From Chiloscyllium plagiosum (Eukaryota), in the NCBI RefSeq assembly GCF_004010195.1, contig NC_057719.1:93823076-93887075 (forward strand): a stretch of 64,000 bases of DNA, given 5' to 3'. Below are positions 1 through 13,344 of this stretch, piece after piece. The position numbers and the translations under genes are program-made. The first letter of the stretch is position 1. Every line of letters begins with the position of its first letter. The notes beneath the pieces were generated by a model, which made no database searches, was not told where the DNA came from, and was given only the letters and a program-made list of their open reading frames with translations.

Positions 1-1144
1 TGGATATATATTTGGAAATTTTGAATGTAATGGGCAACAGAGAGAGGGCTGGCAAATAGGAGGTGCTTGGGAGACATTTTTGGAGCTGATGCATATATAA
101 TGGCCAATGGCCTCCTCCTGTACTTTAAAGTTTTGTACTCTATCAAGTGTAAGCTGTGAATAAAAGTCAGTATCCAATTACTTCACAGTGTAAATGCTCG
201 CAAATATCTGATTATTTGGTGCAGCATAAGCATTTAAGATGCAAGTATTGCGAGGTTAGCTTCATTATGAAGTCTAATTATTACTCAGAACATAAATATT
301 TTGCATATTATATTCCAATTACTAAAACAAATACATCATTGCTTCGGCATAAAACACTTTGGAAAGCTCTGACTTGTCCCTGACACAATATTATGTTCGT
401 TGCTTTTGTTTTCATTCCCCACATTTCATACTATTCATCATTCATTCTAAAAATTGAAAGTTTTCAAATTATTGTTCACTAAAATTTGATAACAAATAAT
501 TTATTTATTTTAATATTTACAGTCTATATTGAATTATTGCCATTGTTAAATTGCTGACAAATAGCTGAAGATCGTACATTTCAGTGAGAAATTAAACTGA
601 TTGATTACATAAATAAATAAATAAGAACGCTAATTCTATTTGTTTGTTCAATCGTTTTCTCACCCTGAACATGTAATCATTCAGAAGCCAACTACTTCAA
701 AAATATAGACGTGGTTATACATTGCTTTAAATCCTGACACTGAATATCTAATTCTCATCACCACAAGAGTTATGCTCTTTCTTCGCGAAAATATAATATA
801 CCTGTTTTATTTCACTGTTAGAAAATCTTGACAGGAGTTTATATTTTAGTTCCATAAATATAGAATCAACATAATTGATTTAAGAGATTATAGTTCAGTT
901 GAATGGTTATCATTCACATCTTATTTTTGCCCAGTTCATGAAATATAGCAAACATCCGATTACTGTTCTGGTCAGTAAACTCAACACCTTGCAATGAGCT
1001 ACGCTGATAATTGCTTCCAATAGATCTGAAATCATTTACACTGTTATTGGACCTCACAGCTGCCTGTGATACAGAGAGACTCAGTGGCCTGTTCCAAAAT
1101 CTGTGCATAGAGCGTCTAACCTGGTTTAGGGCAATCAATCAAAC

Positions 1145-1416
1145 ATTCCCACCTCAGGCGACTGACTGTGTGGAGTTTACACGTTTTCCCCGTGTCTGCG
1201 TGGGTTTCCTCCGGGTGCTCCGGTTTCCTCCCACTGTCCAAAGATGTGCAGGTCAGGTGAATTGGCCATGGGAAATTGCCCGTAGTGTTAGGTAAAGGGT
1301 AAATGTAGGGGTATGGGTGGGTTGCGCTTCGGCGGGTCGGTGTGGATTTGTTGGGCCGAAGGGCCTGTTTCCACACTGTAAGTAATCTAATCTAATCTAA
1401 TCTAATCTAATCTAAT
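1145..1416 (+). mobile_element. 5'-truncated HE1/V-SINE-type SINE
   Basis: V-SINE core GTGTGGAGTTT..CCCCGTGTCTGCGTGGGTTTCCTCCGGGTGCTCCGGTTTCCTCCCAC, LINE-derived tail GGGCCGAAGGGCCTGTTTCC, (AATCT)n end; near-identical to the copy at 3293-3605. Confidence 0.9.
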
Positions 1417-2095
1417 TACTTCAAAACAAATAATTTGGAATCCACCTTGGGCAGGGGAAGAACCCGTCAACAGACAATCACTGGTCTCAGTGTAGTTACA
1501 AATGTTGTCCAGGTTAAATACTAATGGCTGACCAGCAACCAGGTTTTAAAATTCATCTTCAGTCAGAGATTGGCCCTGAGAGCAGACGTGTTGACATGGA
1601 GTGCCAGAATCTCACCATCCAGGTTACCTGTGGTGATGAAACCTGACCTGCCTCCCAGACTCCATACATCTGCACGCCGGACCAGACATGGGCGAAGACG
1701 TTAACAAGTTGACAATCTATTGCAGTGCCTTGTGTCTCACAAAGAAACCTCTAAAGCCATATCCAATAAATGTCACCTTCACATTCTCCAGTATCAAAAT
1801 AAAATTGTACATCGCTGTGAATGGTCAGAGATTACTGCATGGATCACACAGTAGAATGCATGTGAAGTAACCAGCAGCAAACGGGAATCCACAAATCACA
1901 TTAATAACTGAACTTGGCGGATTCTGTCTGGTCTAAGTAACCACACATATTATACTGGTTTTCAGGTGACTGTAACAATGCACACCATAACTGGAGGTTT
2001 TGGCCTTACACTCCTCCAAAGCTTCCTGATCTCACACACATCACTCCCTCACACATTCAACAATTGATGAGAATCCACAAGCTGGGTGAAACTGG

Positions 2096-3200
2096 AAACA
2101 TAGAACAGTGCAGCACAGTGCAGGCCCCTCGGCCCTTGACGTTCTGTCGACCTTTTATCCTACTCTAAGATCAGACTAACGTACATACCTCTCATTATAC
2201 TTATCATTCATGTGCCTACCCAAATAAATATCCCTAATATAGCTGACTTTACAATAACTGCTGGCTGTTCATTGCACGCACCCATCGCTCTCTATGAAAA
2301 GAACCTACCTTTGACACCTCCCCTAAACCTTCCTCCAATTACTTTAAAATCGTACCCCCTCGAGATAGTCATTTCCACCCTGGGAGAAAGTCTCTAGCTA
2401 TCTATTCTATCTATGACTCACATCATCTTGTACACCTCTGTCAAGTCCCGTTCCATTCTTCTTCGTTCGAATGAGGAAAACACACCAGCTCCCTCAAATT
2501 TTCTTTGTAAGACATGCCCTCCAGTCCAGGCAGCATCTTGATAAATCTCCACAGCAACCTCACCAAAGCTACCACATCTTTCCTATAACGAGGCAACCAG
2601 AACTGATCACAATATTCTCAGTGTGGTCTCGCCAGGGCTCCGGAGAGTAGCAGCATAACCTCGCAGATTTTAAACTCAATCCCTCGGCTAAGGAACACAT
2701 CAAACATCTTCTTAACAACTTTATGAACCTGGGTAGCAACTTTGTGGGAGCTATGAACCATATGATCCCCCGTTCCTCCACAATGTCAGAATCCTGCCTT
2801 TAACCCTGTATTCTGCATTCAAATTCGACCTTCCAAAATGAATCGTATCCCACTTTTCCATATTAAACACCATCTGCCACTTAGCAGCCAAGTTCTGCAT
2901 CCAGTCAATGTCCTATTGCAAACTACAACAGCCCTTCACACTATCCATAATTCCACCAACCTGTGTTACAACATCCATCTTACGAACCTACCTTTCCACT
3001 TCGTCATCCAAGTCATTTATCAAAATCACAAACAGCAGAGGTCCCAGAACCGATCCTTACGGAACACCACTGCTCACCTAGTTCCACACTCATTTACCAC
3101 CACCTGTATCCAGACAGATAGGTCTCCCTGTATGTCATGCCTCCTTACTTTCTGAATGAAACTACCACGGGGAAGCTTATCAAACACCTTGTTAAAATCC
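2096..3200 (-). mobile_element. CR1-clade LINE, decayed 3' portion
   Basis: Left end is the reverse complement of the CR1 3' tail seen at 62640-62710; remainder resembles reverse-complemented ORF2 C-terminus. Confidence 0.8.
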
Positions 3201-3234
3201 ATGCACTCGTTGGTTAAAGCTCAGTCTCAAAACC

Positions 3235-4700
3235 ATGACAAAAACACTGCTAGGGATATATTATGCACCCCCAGATAAAGGAGTAGTTTTCCTTAGATTA
3301 GATTACATTACAGTGTGGAAACAGGCCCTACAGCCCAACAAGTCCACACCGACCCGCCGAAGCGCAACCCACCCATACCACTACATTTGCCCCTTACCTA
3401 ACACTACGGGCAATTTCCCATGGCCAATTCACCTAACCTGCACATCTTTGGACAGTGGGAGGAAACCGGAGCACCCGGAGGAAACCCACGCAGACACGGG
3501 GAGAACGTGCAAACTCCACACAGTCAGTAGCCTGAGGCGGGAACTGAACCCGGGTCTCAGGCGCTGTGAGGCAGCAGTGCTAACCACTGTGCCACCGCGC
3601 CGCCCACATGTTGCGTAACATTGTTATGTAACAAAGTTATTGAGGTGTGTAAAAACAATAATAGGATCATTATGTTCAGGCATTTCAATTTCAAACATTC
3701 ATTAGGGCAGTGATAACTTTTTTTAAGAGGGGGCAGGTGATTTGAAATGTATTCCACAGAGCGTCTTATATCAACATCGAGCAATACAACAAACGGCAGT
3801 GCAGTTCTAGGCCTCACTGTCGGAACGAAGCCAGTCAGCATATCCAGCCAGAAGTAGAACATTGTAGGACCAGTGACCGTGATATCACACATTTTGAGTT
3901 TCCAAAGAAAAAGACCCCAAAAAAGTTTGAAAAATAAAAATCATTTGATCAAAATGGAATTCATGATAGTGTCGGCCCAGCATGTTACACCGCAGATAAA
4001 ATTTAGGAAAACAAGCCCAAAGAACCTCAGATTTTGACACAAATTCCGAACAGAATGAAAAAGGAAAGAGAAGCTTAAAGCAGGTGTCAAGTAAGCAGGT
4101 CAATGGGGCTCTTAAAAGAATATAGAAAGTGTAGAGCTAAGCTTAAAAAGTCAGTGGAAAGGCAGAAGTAGGAGTGATAAAACATTAGCGGGTAAGATTA
4201 GCAAGAATCCAAAGTCATTTTTTTGGTTTATTAAGGGGAAGAGGTTACGCGGGAAAGAATGGGGTGTACTAGGGACCAAGGGGACAGCGTGTTCACAGAG
4301 CCAGAGAATATATTAAATACATCCAACGAATCGGTCTTCAGTTTGGAGAAGCAGTTCCTGGATTCATGGAGATTGACCATGTGTCCCGTGAGCGAATTGA
4401 TCCAGGGGCTGAAGAAGAATTGGTAGTTTATACCAGATAAAGGTTGGGCAAATCCCCAGGTTAAAGACCACCAAGTCTCACATCAGTGAGAGGGAAACAA
4501 TTGTAGAAAATTCGGAGGGCTGTTGAGGCTGGATCATTAAATATCTTCAAGGCTGAGACAGACAGATTTTATACAAGTGTTACGGGGAAATCGCAGGAAA
4601 GTGGAATAGGGCATTATCAAAATATACATAACCTAATCGAAGGAAAAGCAAACACAGTGAGCAGATAGACATATTGTTGCCCCTATGTCTAATGGTGTTC
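3235..4700 (+). mobile_element. Decayed CR1 LINE ORF2 (endonuclease/linker) fragments, interrupted by the SINE
   Basis: TLLGIYYAPP motif, degenerate LDLVLGNEPGQV/DSDH region at ~3800-3885, IKGKRVTRERM-like segment at ~4230-4265. Confidence 0.65.
3293..3605 (-). mobile_element. Full-length HE1/V-SINE-type tRNA-derived SINE
   Basis: Minus strand starts GGGCGGCGCGGTGGCACAGTGGTTAGCACTGCTGCCTCACAGCGCC (tRNA-like head), then V-SINE core and (AATCT)n tail; inserted in a CR1 fragment. Confidence 0.92.
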
Positions 4701-5749
4701 TTTTCCAAAAGTCCTGTATCTGCAAGAACATCCACCTCTCTCACAATGGAGTGAGATGTAGTTTGGAATGCAAACGAAGGATTCAAGGAATTCATAAACG
4801 CGATACTAATAGACAGAAAGTATCAGAGGACTGCGACAATACGGATTGCCTGACGGGGTGAGGATTTGCATCGACACAGTTACCCCTACCAGAAAGAAGA
4901 CTCTCCAAGGCCATACAGCAACCTGCACTGGGGAGCAGATAGTCAGGGGCCAGGTGTCAAGGAGTGCTGACAGCCCAAACACTACATCACTATAGTGTCT
5001 CCCTCCTTCCCTGACCAAAAGTAAATGTGGAGGGGTAGAGAGACATGCCGTCGGTAGCAGAGTAAGCAGTAAGGCTTTGACACGAGAGGCTTCGGAAAAC
5101 AGCCAAGAGGAGATTTTGGACGTACTGGAATGTTTGAAAGTGTATAAATGTCGCGGTCCTTACCTGTTACAGGAGGAGGCCAATCAACCCTCAGCATCTA
5201 TAAAACTGTTCCTAGAGTAGATCATGCAGCACCAGTAACCAGTTACACAGCAACATGATCAGTCTATTCAGCTACTTGAAGTCAGTAAGACAGGAAATAG
5301 AAGAGGTCACAAAGTGACTGGTCTATGGGGTATACTGGAATAACACCAGGCTACCTAGCCCCTCAGGCCTGACCTTCAATTCAGTAAGGTCGGGGGTGAT
5401 CTGCACTCGGCCGCAATTTCTCTTTCGTGCTCAATTCTTTGTAGCTCTCGAGTCTCTAACGGGTCAAAATCCATTGACACACACTCCCACCCCCTACATT
5501 TCAGTGATGTAGCCTCCCCTAACTCTCTGGTCCCAACCGTCATTATCCTCTAAGCGAAGGAAACACTCCCCATACATATACCTTGGCCTATTGACATGAA
5601 CAAAAATGTGAACACAATGTGAGAGTGATTGGCACTGACATCGCGGCAATATTTGACTGACGGTGTCAAGGAGACTGAATAAAATTGAACTAGATGGGAG
5701 TCAGTTGTAAACTTCCCACTGGTTGGATCATTCAGAACACAATGTGGGC

Positions 5750-6010
5750 ATCAATCCTCCCAGTCCTTGGATATCTCTGTGGAAAATCCTCAGGGTAGCT
5801 TCTTCGGCACAACCATCTTCAGCTGCTTCATCAATGTTTTTCCCTCTGTCATACAATCAGAGGTGGGGATGTTCTGTGAAGATTATATAATGTTCAGAAC
5901 AATGAGTCAACTCCAAAGATATTAAAGTATCAAACCTGGACAACATTCAAGCTTGTGCTGTTAATGTATAGGTAACATTAGACAAAAGCACTGCTGGACA
6001 CTGAACATTT
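5750..6010 (+). mobile_element. Decayed non-LTR RT fragment (CR1-like)
   Basis: Translates to PQGSFFGTTIFSCFIN...SEVGMFCED, a degenerate PQGSVLGP/FADD region. Confidence 0.6.
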
Positions 6011-6169
6011 CCACTGTTAATAAAAAGAGGAACCCCTTCAGATATTCTCGCTTGTTTTACAGTAATATAAGTAATATAAGAAAGTCATTCAGCCCATCAG
6101 ACCTTTTGGATAACAAGAGGTTCAAAATATTCACTCTCTCCTGCCTATTACACAAGAAGATAGTTTTTT

Positions 6170-7208
6170 AAAAAACAGCAGCTGTTGGAATCCAAAATAG
6201 ACTCACAGGAGGCTGGAAAAACAGAATGGGCAAGATAGCATCAAGACATTGAGAAATCAACACCTTGGATATAACTTTTCGTCAGGACTGTGGGTGGAAG
6301 TAAGGGGTCTTTAGATAAAGGGGTGTGGGTGAGAGAGGAGGAGATAGAGTGGCGAGGTGGTGACAAGTGAACACAGATGAAGAGTATCAGACCGTTGGTG
6401 ATGGGAGGGCTGAATCCAATTGGTAGCTCGACAAAGGGTTGCTCACAGGAATGGAATGTAGGGGAGGGCATGGGAAGGGAGTCAGGGGATTGTAAGGGAG
6501 GTTATTTGAAATTGGCGAATTCAATGTTGAGTCCCCAGGGTGTAGGCTGCACAGGTGACAGTTGGGATCTTGTTCCTCCAATTTTTGGTTTGGTTCATTG
6601 TGGCAACGGAGAAGGCCTAGGATGGTCATGTCAGAAAGGGATTGGGAGAGAGAATTGAAATAGGAAGTGACTAGGAGGTCAGGTCAGTCCTGGCATGCCC
6701 GACTGAGATACTCAGCAAAATATTCCATCAATTAACATTTGGTCTTCCCAATGCAGTGAAGACCACATCGGGTGCACCAGATGCAGTATACTAGGTTTGG
6801 CTCCCACCACTGGGCCCATCTCCGACCAAACACAACAAACACCCCCAAGGTATCTTCTCCTGCAACTGCAAAAGATGCAAAAGTTGCTGTCACACCATCT
6901 CCTCCACCTCTTTATAGGGCTTTAAACAGTACTTCCAGCTCAGGCAGAGGTTCAGCTACCTCTTTTCCAACCTACTTTTCTGCATCAGGTGCTCCTGATG
7001 TGGTCTTCTCTACATTGGGAAGACCGAATATAAACTCAGGGCACATTTCACCGAGCATCACAATCGGGTCTGCAGGGGACGACCTGACCTCCAAGTCACC
7101 GACCATTTGAATTCTCCTTCCCACTCCCTTTCCGACATAACTACCTCTGGCCTCCTCTTTTGCCATGGTGAGGCAGACTACAAATTGAAGGAACAACACC
7201 TTATCGTC
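6170..7208. mobile_element. Old Penelope-like element remnant in inverted arrangement (minus ~6170-6790, plus ~6790-7208)
   Basis: Both arms resemble the GIY-YIG/3' region of the Penelope at 22522-23432. Confidence 0.7.
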
Positions 7209-7990
7209 TAGGTAAAAACAAGGACTGCAGATGCTGGAAACCAGAGTCTAGATTCGTGTGGTGCTGGAAGAGCACAGCAGGTCAGGCAGCATCTGAGGAA
7301 CAGGAAAATCGACGTTTTGGGCAAAAGCCCTTCATCAGGAATAAAGGCAGGGTGGCTGCAGAGTGGAGAGATAAATGAGAGGGGTATGGGGTTGGGAAAA
7401 ATTAGCATAGCGTACAATGGGTGAATGGGGGTGGAGATGGAGGTGATAGGTCAGAGAGGAGGGTGGGGGAAGGTAGCAAAGAGTACANNNNNNNNNNNNN
7501 NNNNNNNNNNNNNNNNNNNNNNNNNNNNNNNNNNNNNNNNNNNNNNNNNNNNNNNNNNNNNNNNNNNNNNNNNNNNNNNNNNNNNNNNNNNNNNNNNNNN
7601 NNNNNNNNNNAGATGTTCCCTAAAGTGCTCTGCTAGGAGGCGTCCAGTCTCCCCAATGTAGAGTAGACCGCATCGGGAGCAACAGGTACAAGAAATGATA
7701 TTGATGGATGTGCAGGTAAAACGTTGATGGATATGGGAGGCTCCTTTGGGGCCTTGGTTGGAGGTGAGGGAGGAGGTGTCGGCGCAGATTTTACCTTCCA
7801 TGCGGTTCCAGGAAGGGAGGATGGGTTGTTGGTCGGCGTGGACCTGACCAGGTAGTCACGGAGGGAACGGTCTTTGCGGAAAGCGGGAATGGGTGGGGAG
7901 GGAAATATATCCCTGGTGGTGGGGTCCGTTTGAAGGTGACAGAAATGTCTTCAGATGATATGGTTTATGCGAAGGTTGGTCGAGTGCAAG
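7209..7990 (-). mobile_element. Penelope-like (Neptune-type) 3' end with GIY-YIG endonuclease fragment; gap at 7488-7610
   Basis: ORF 7451-7801 FTCTSINIISCTCCSRCGLLYIGETGRLLAEHFREH; terminal repeat with hammerhead-like motif at 7307-7342. Confidence 0.88.
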
Positions 7991-8862
7991 GTGAGCTCAT
8001 TCCCAATTGCTGCCGAGACATTAACTGCTTCAACGTGTCTAAACCCCTCCCCCACTCCAACCTCTCACCTCACAACGATCATCCCTCCACTCCCTCTGCT
8101 CTAATCCCAACCTCACCATCAAACCTGCAGATAAAGGGTGTGCAGTGGTAGTCTAGCGCTCTGACCTCTACGCCGCTGAAGCCAGATGCCAACTCGAAGT
8201 CACCTCCTCCTACCGCCCCCTTGACCATGACTCCAACTCCTATCACGAAAGCGTCATTTCCCAGACCACACTGAACCTCATCACCTCAGGAGATCTCCCA
8301 CCACAGCTTCCAACCTCATAGTCCGGGTACTCCACTGCCCGATTCTACCTCCTTCCCAAGATTTATGAACCTGACCACCCTGGCCGACCCATTGTCTCAG
8401 CATGCTCCTGCCCCACCGAACTCGTCTCCACCTACTTTGACACTGTCCTATTCCCCCCTAGTCCAGGAACTCCCCACTTACGTTCGAGACAACACCCATG
8501 CCCTCCATCTCCTCCAAGACTTCCGTTTCCCCGGCTCCCCCGCCTCCTCTTCAACATGGATATCCAATCCCTCTACACGTCCATCCACCAAGACCAGGGC
8601 CTCCAAGCCCTCCGTTTCTTCATCTTGCGACGTCCCCAACAGCATCCTTCCACCGTCACTCTCCTTCATTTGGCTGAACTGGTGCTCATCCTTAACAATT
8701 TCTCTTTCAAATCATCCCACTTTCTCCAGACAAAAGGGGTAGATATGGAACCGCATATGAGCCCCAGCTATGCCTATCTCTTTGTTGGCTTCGTAGAAAA
8801 CTCCATCTTCCGTAAGTGCACCAGCACCACTCCACACTTCTTCCTTCGCTACATTGATGACT
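7990..8862 (+). pseudogene. Penelope-like reverse transcriptase, frameshifted fragment
   Basis: KPADKG, RFYLLPKI, PGRPIVSACSCPTE, MDIQSLYTSI, FLQTKGVDM, FLRYIDD motifs (ORFs 8365-8742, 8556-8876). Confidence 0.9.
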
Positions 8863-11800
8863 GGAGAGATAACTAAACTTCAATCGCAGATGAAGCAGTT
8901 TGCGTAATTACAAATATCAGAAGAGAAAGAAAGAGAATGAATAGGTTTAGCAGAGGAAAGATAAAAATAGCAAATAGCTTTAGCAGGAGAAAAAGAAAAA
9001 AGAGGGAGCATTTGAGCTTCAGAGATGGACACTTAGAATAGAAAGTCAACTTGAAAGAATGGAGATGAAGGCTGAAGGTAAGTTTAGTGAGGAACAGCAT
9101 GAGGATGAGCAAACCCATGGTGGTCGAAAGCCTGGTCAGAAACGTTTTAGGTATATTCACGGAAAAGCACCACTGGAGACAGAGCAGGATATACAAAATG
9201 TAGGATAAACATGGTATATTCATGGAAACCTTTTTTCATTTCACTTGAAAAAGGTCGCTAAACAATTGCCGTGGCCAGTGAGCATGTGGGTTGTGTTGAT
9301 CCAAACAGAACTTGTGGGTAGAGCTAGTGAGGTATTCGCAACACGATTAGAGGAGAGAACTAGGGAGTATGAGGAGGGAAGAAGTCATATGAGCTAGTGC
9401 CAGAAGCCTACAGACAACGTTTCAGGACTCTAAGGCCGAATCTGGTCAAACCCATATTGAGTTTGAAAGGATTAAAAAAGTAATTTTGATAGATGGATAA
9501 GAGCTTTAAAAAAGAGAGCAAAATTATGATGCTCTTTGAGAGACAATTAATTTGGAGGATTTCAGACCTTCACTGCCTGACGTAGTGTAAACTAATTTGG
9601 AAGAGCAGAGAGTTAAAACGGCAAGGCATGTGCATGAAGTTGCTTATGAATGTGAGTATGTTCAGTGATTAATTATTATAAAACTTGGTTTAGCTTCCAG
9701 AATCAATTTCAGTCCTTGAGGGATAGAAATTGGGACAAAGAGAAATCTTCACGTGGGAAGGGAAAGGTAGATCTCGGTGAAGGTCATAACTTACCACAGG
9801 GTAAAAAGAAAATACTTGAAGGAGAAAAAGAAATTAAAAAGCTCTGGTGTTTTCACTGCAACAAATTAGGTCATATGAAATCATTGTGTTGGTAGGTTCA
9901 GGAAAAAAAGTACAGATGCAGGAAAAGAGGATAAGCCTAGGAGTTTTGTTGGAGTGGTAACAGAAGGCACAATGGAAGCTAGAAAGCTCATCAGTGTTCA
10001 AGCCGATTGGAAGTTTGTTAAGTTGTAAATGCCGGATCTGCTTTGAAAATATACCTGCAAATGGAAAGTTTATTCACATAGAGCAAGTAAAGAGGATGCA
10101 ATATTAAGAGACATAGTATCCTCTCAGACTGTGATGATGAAGGATAAGGAGATATGTACTCCTGAAGGACTATTTCCAGAAAAAAGGTACTGCTAAAGGG
10201 AATTCACCGAGAGGCAAAAAGTGCAAAATTATGTAAAGCGAAGATAGAGTACCCAGAAAGATGTGAAGAAATTGTGGTAGGAAAATTGGTCAAACTTTCA
10301 ACTCCAGGAATACAATTTGTTGTTGCAAAAAATATAGCTGATTCACTAGTACGAGTGCTACCTGTTCTGGTTGAAAAGCCAGTGGAAACACAGGCAACTG
10401 AAGCAATGCAGGAAGCTTATCGTGGAAGCTTTCCTGATTGTGGGGTAACAAAGTCCAAAAGTCACCAGTTCAAACAGGAGATATCAAAATGTAAAGATAA
10501 GGAAGCTTAAGTGGCATTAACAGACACTTGTTCCATCAGATATTTGAGAAAGAAAAACAGGAGCAAATAGGTGATCTTGCAAAAGTGTTTAGCTCAGCTA
10601 AGCTAATTGATTACAGCGGAAATATAAAATGTTCAAGCAATTGTATCAAAAAGCACATACGTTCGAAATTTTGAATGTATCCTCGAGCGTTATTATCTTA
10701 CAAATGATGTCCGAATGAGGAAATTTAGACAATCACATAATCAAGGAGATGATAATTGGGCAGAGGTTCATCAAATCGTATGGCCCATGGGGTACAGAAA
10801 GGAGGTGATGTGGATGGGACATGAGCTACCACCTCGAGGTCACTCAGGAGTGAGAAAAACACAGCTGAAATACAGAGACATTTTTGCTGACCTGGAATGC
10901 AACAGAATGTAGTTGAATTTTGCCAGACTTGTCGTACGTGTCAGGTAATTGGAAAAACACAAGTGATAATAAAACCTGCACCTTTCTTAACTATTCCAGC
11001 ATTTGAGGAACCATTCACAAGAGCATTAATTGATTGACTAGGTCTCTGACCTCAAACAAAAAAAAAGTGGGCACCAGTATTTGTTAACAATAATGGATGG
11101 ATCAACTAGATTTCCAAAGGTCATTCCGAGATTCAATATTATAGCTAAAAGAATTGCAGAAGAATTAATCTTTTTAAAGAGATACAGACTACCAATAGAG
11201 ATGCAGTGAGATCAAGGTTCAAATTTCGCATTAAATTACTCACTATAATATCATAGGAATAAAGCACTTCAAATCGAGTGCGTACCATCCAGAATTGCAG
11301 GTACCGCTAGAAAGGTGACATTAAACATTAAATACCATGTTGAGGGTTTATGATCAGGGTTATCCTGAGGATTAGGGTAAGGAATCCCATTTGTACTTTA
11401 TGTGATCACGGATGCGCCAAATTAACCCAGAGCAAATTCAATCCATTTCGAATTAGTTTCTGGGCATTAAGTGATAGGAGCATTATAATTGATTAAGGAG
11501 AAAATATTAAATGAAAATTCAAAGGCCACACATTTGGACTAGGTCTGAAATTTTAGAGAACGATTAATAGCGCTGGAGAGTTGGGTAGACAGCATTGAAA
11601 AGTAATGCAGCATGAAATAAAACAGGACGCAGACAGGAAATCAACAGTTTGCAATTTTACTATCGGGGATAAGGTATTACTGTTAGTTACAGTGATAGGT
11701 GAACCTTAAAAGGTAAGGTTTAGTGGACATTACAAAATACAAAGGATATTGAGTGAGAGCAACTACTTGATAACGACTCAAAACAGAAAGAAATCGCACA

Positions 11801-12010
11801 GTGTATGTCATGCGAATAGGCTCAAAATGTACTTTGATGGGGAAGGATTGCAAGAGGACAAGGTGTCAATGATTACAGCACAGAAGGAAGAACCAAGTTC
11901 AGATGATTATGAATCGGATATTCCTCAAATTGAAGTGGAGGGTCTTGTCTAAAATTGTGTTAAATTATTGAGTTACCTTCATCAGAAAAATTGAAATGAC
12001 CAGAGTTATT

Positions 12011-12211
12011 AAAAAAGTGTTGCTGGAACAGCGCAGCAGGTCAGGCAGCATCAAAGGAGCAGGAGAATCGACGTTTCAGGCATAAGCCCTTCTTCAGGAA
12101 CAAGGGCTTATGTCCGAAACGTCGATTCTCATGCTCCTTTGATGCTGCCTGACCTGCTGCGCTTTTCCAGCAACACAGTTTTAAGCTCTGATCCCCAGTC
12201 TCACTTTCTCC
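12011..12211. mobile_element. Penelope-derived fold-back mini-element inserted in the Gypsy element
   Basis: Imperfect ~85 bp inverted repeat, terminus CTCACTTTCTCC, hammerhead motif on minus strand 12066-12100, degenerate TSD GAGTTATTA/GATTTATTA. Confidence 0.85.
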
Positions 12212-12709
12212 TAGAAAGATTTATTACTGTCACTTGGGGATATATGCAGATATTAACTTGGAAGTGCTAACCTAATTGTGCACAATGTAGCTATAGGAGA
12301 TGCAGTTACGTTTAAGCAACATCCATACAGGGATAATTCTCTAAAGTTGGCACAGATTCAGAAGGCGATTACCAGCAATGTCTCTGAGAATTTTTTGGAG
12401 AAATTTAAGGACAAAAGTGCTGAACTGTTAAGCTGGAGCCTGTTGTAACAGTCAATCAATTAGAAAATTGTGCATAGGGCAGGTCTTGAAAACTGATTGC
12501 CAATGCATTGTTGAGACTTGAAGTGACAAATGGAGGCACTCAATAATGGGAGTACCACACACTGAATCTGGATGTAGTTGCGCACATTTGCATGTTTATA
12601 GTAAACGAATGTACATGCGCATTTTAAAGTACGAACCACTATTTTTTTGGAGATTTGAAAACCGAAGCCATCTTTGGATATTGATGATTCAATTATATAT
12701 CTGGGGAGC

Positions 12710-13344
12710 TGTCATACAGGCGGTCTTTTTTCAAGGTTAAGTGGTCTTTGAATTGTTTTCAGAGAGGTTCTCAATAATCCAAAGTTCCAACATGTCTCAA
12801 TTTTGAATGCTTCATTGGGGTCCTTTGCTTCTTACCTAACAGATAATGCCTCAGAAAGAAGGCTTTCAAGTATTTTTTTTAAAAAACTGGTGTAATCAAG
12901 AAAATGTGGCCAGCTCTCCGGCTGCACAGGTCAGTTCAGTTCGAGGGCTAGTTGAGTCAGGGTCACTGTTGAAACTGGATGCTCTCCCCCTCTTTTAGCC
13001 CTCTGACTTTGTAACCTAGAAGCTTCTGTTTTGTGTGAGTTTTTACTCTTTGTGGTCAGGGGTTTGTTTATTGGGATTGTTGTAATTAATTTGGATCCGC
13101 ATCATTAATTGGAGATATCCTGTCAGTTTTGGATAGGACGAATTATTCAGGTACAGTATTTTCAGTTCGTTGTGTATCATTCCTTATTTTTGTAAATAAA
13201 TTCTATTTATTTAAAAGTCGGCAGTCGGACCAGCTAACTCACTCTGGGAATATCCACTATACACTTAACTTCAGCTTCTGGCAACATTATGGTCTGGGCA
13301 ACGTGCGTACGAATGTTTTGAGGGGTCGAGCCTGGTCCAAAACA
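12710..13344 (+). repeat. Putative 3' LTR of the Gypsy element
   Basis: Purine tract GGGGAG then TGTCAT start, AATAAA at ~13195, ends GGTCCAAAACA; no 5' LTR is present to confirm it. Confidence 0.55.

Larger units (their letters stand above)
8863..13344 (+). mobile_element. Decayed Gypsy LTR retrotransposon, Gmr1-like order gag-PR-IN-RT/RH; 5' LTR absent, RT largely deleted
   Basis: CCHC knuckle CFHCNKLGHMKSLC (~9850), protease-like ILRD (~10100), integrase HHCC (GHELPPRGHSGVRKT; C..C..CQ at ~10920), RT start FKQHPYR (~12310), RNase H end WSLL..IANALLR (~12430-12520). Confidence 0.85.

Noticed and set aside
1011..1376. Paralogous protein ORFs (1116-1376, 3235-3618, 28611-29042)
   Set aside because: Chance reading frames through SINE copies
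1450..1960. RTE-like LINE fragment on the minus strand
   Set aside because: Only vague resemblance; no motif clear enough to support a call
3530..3605. tRNA gene (also 28730, 50531, 60398)
   Set aside because: These are tRNA-derived SINE heads continuing into the V-SINE core and tail
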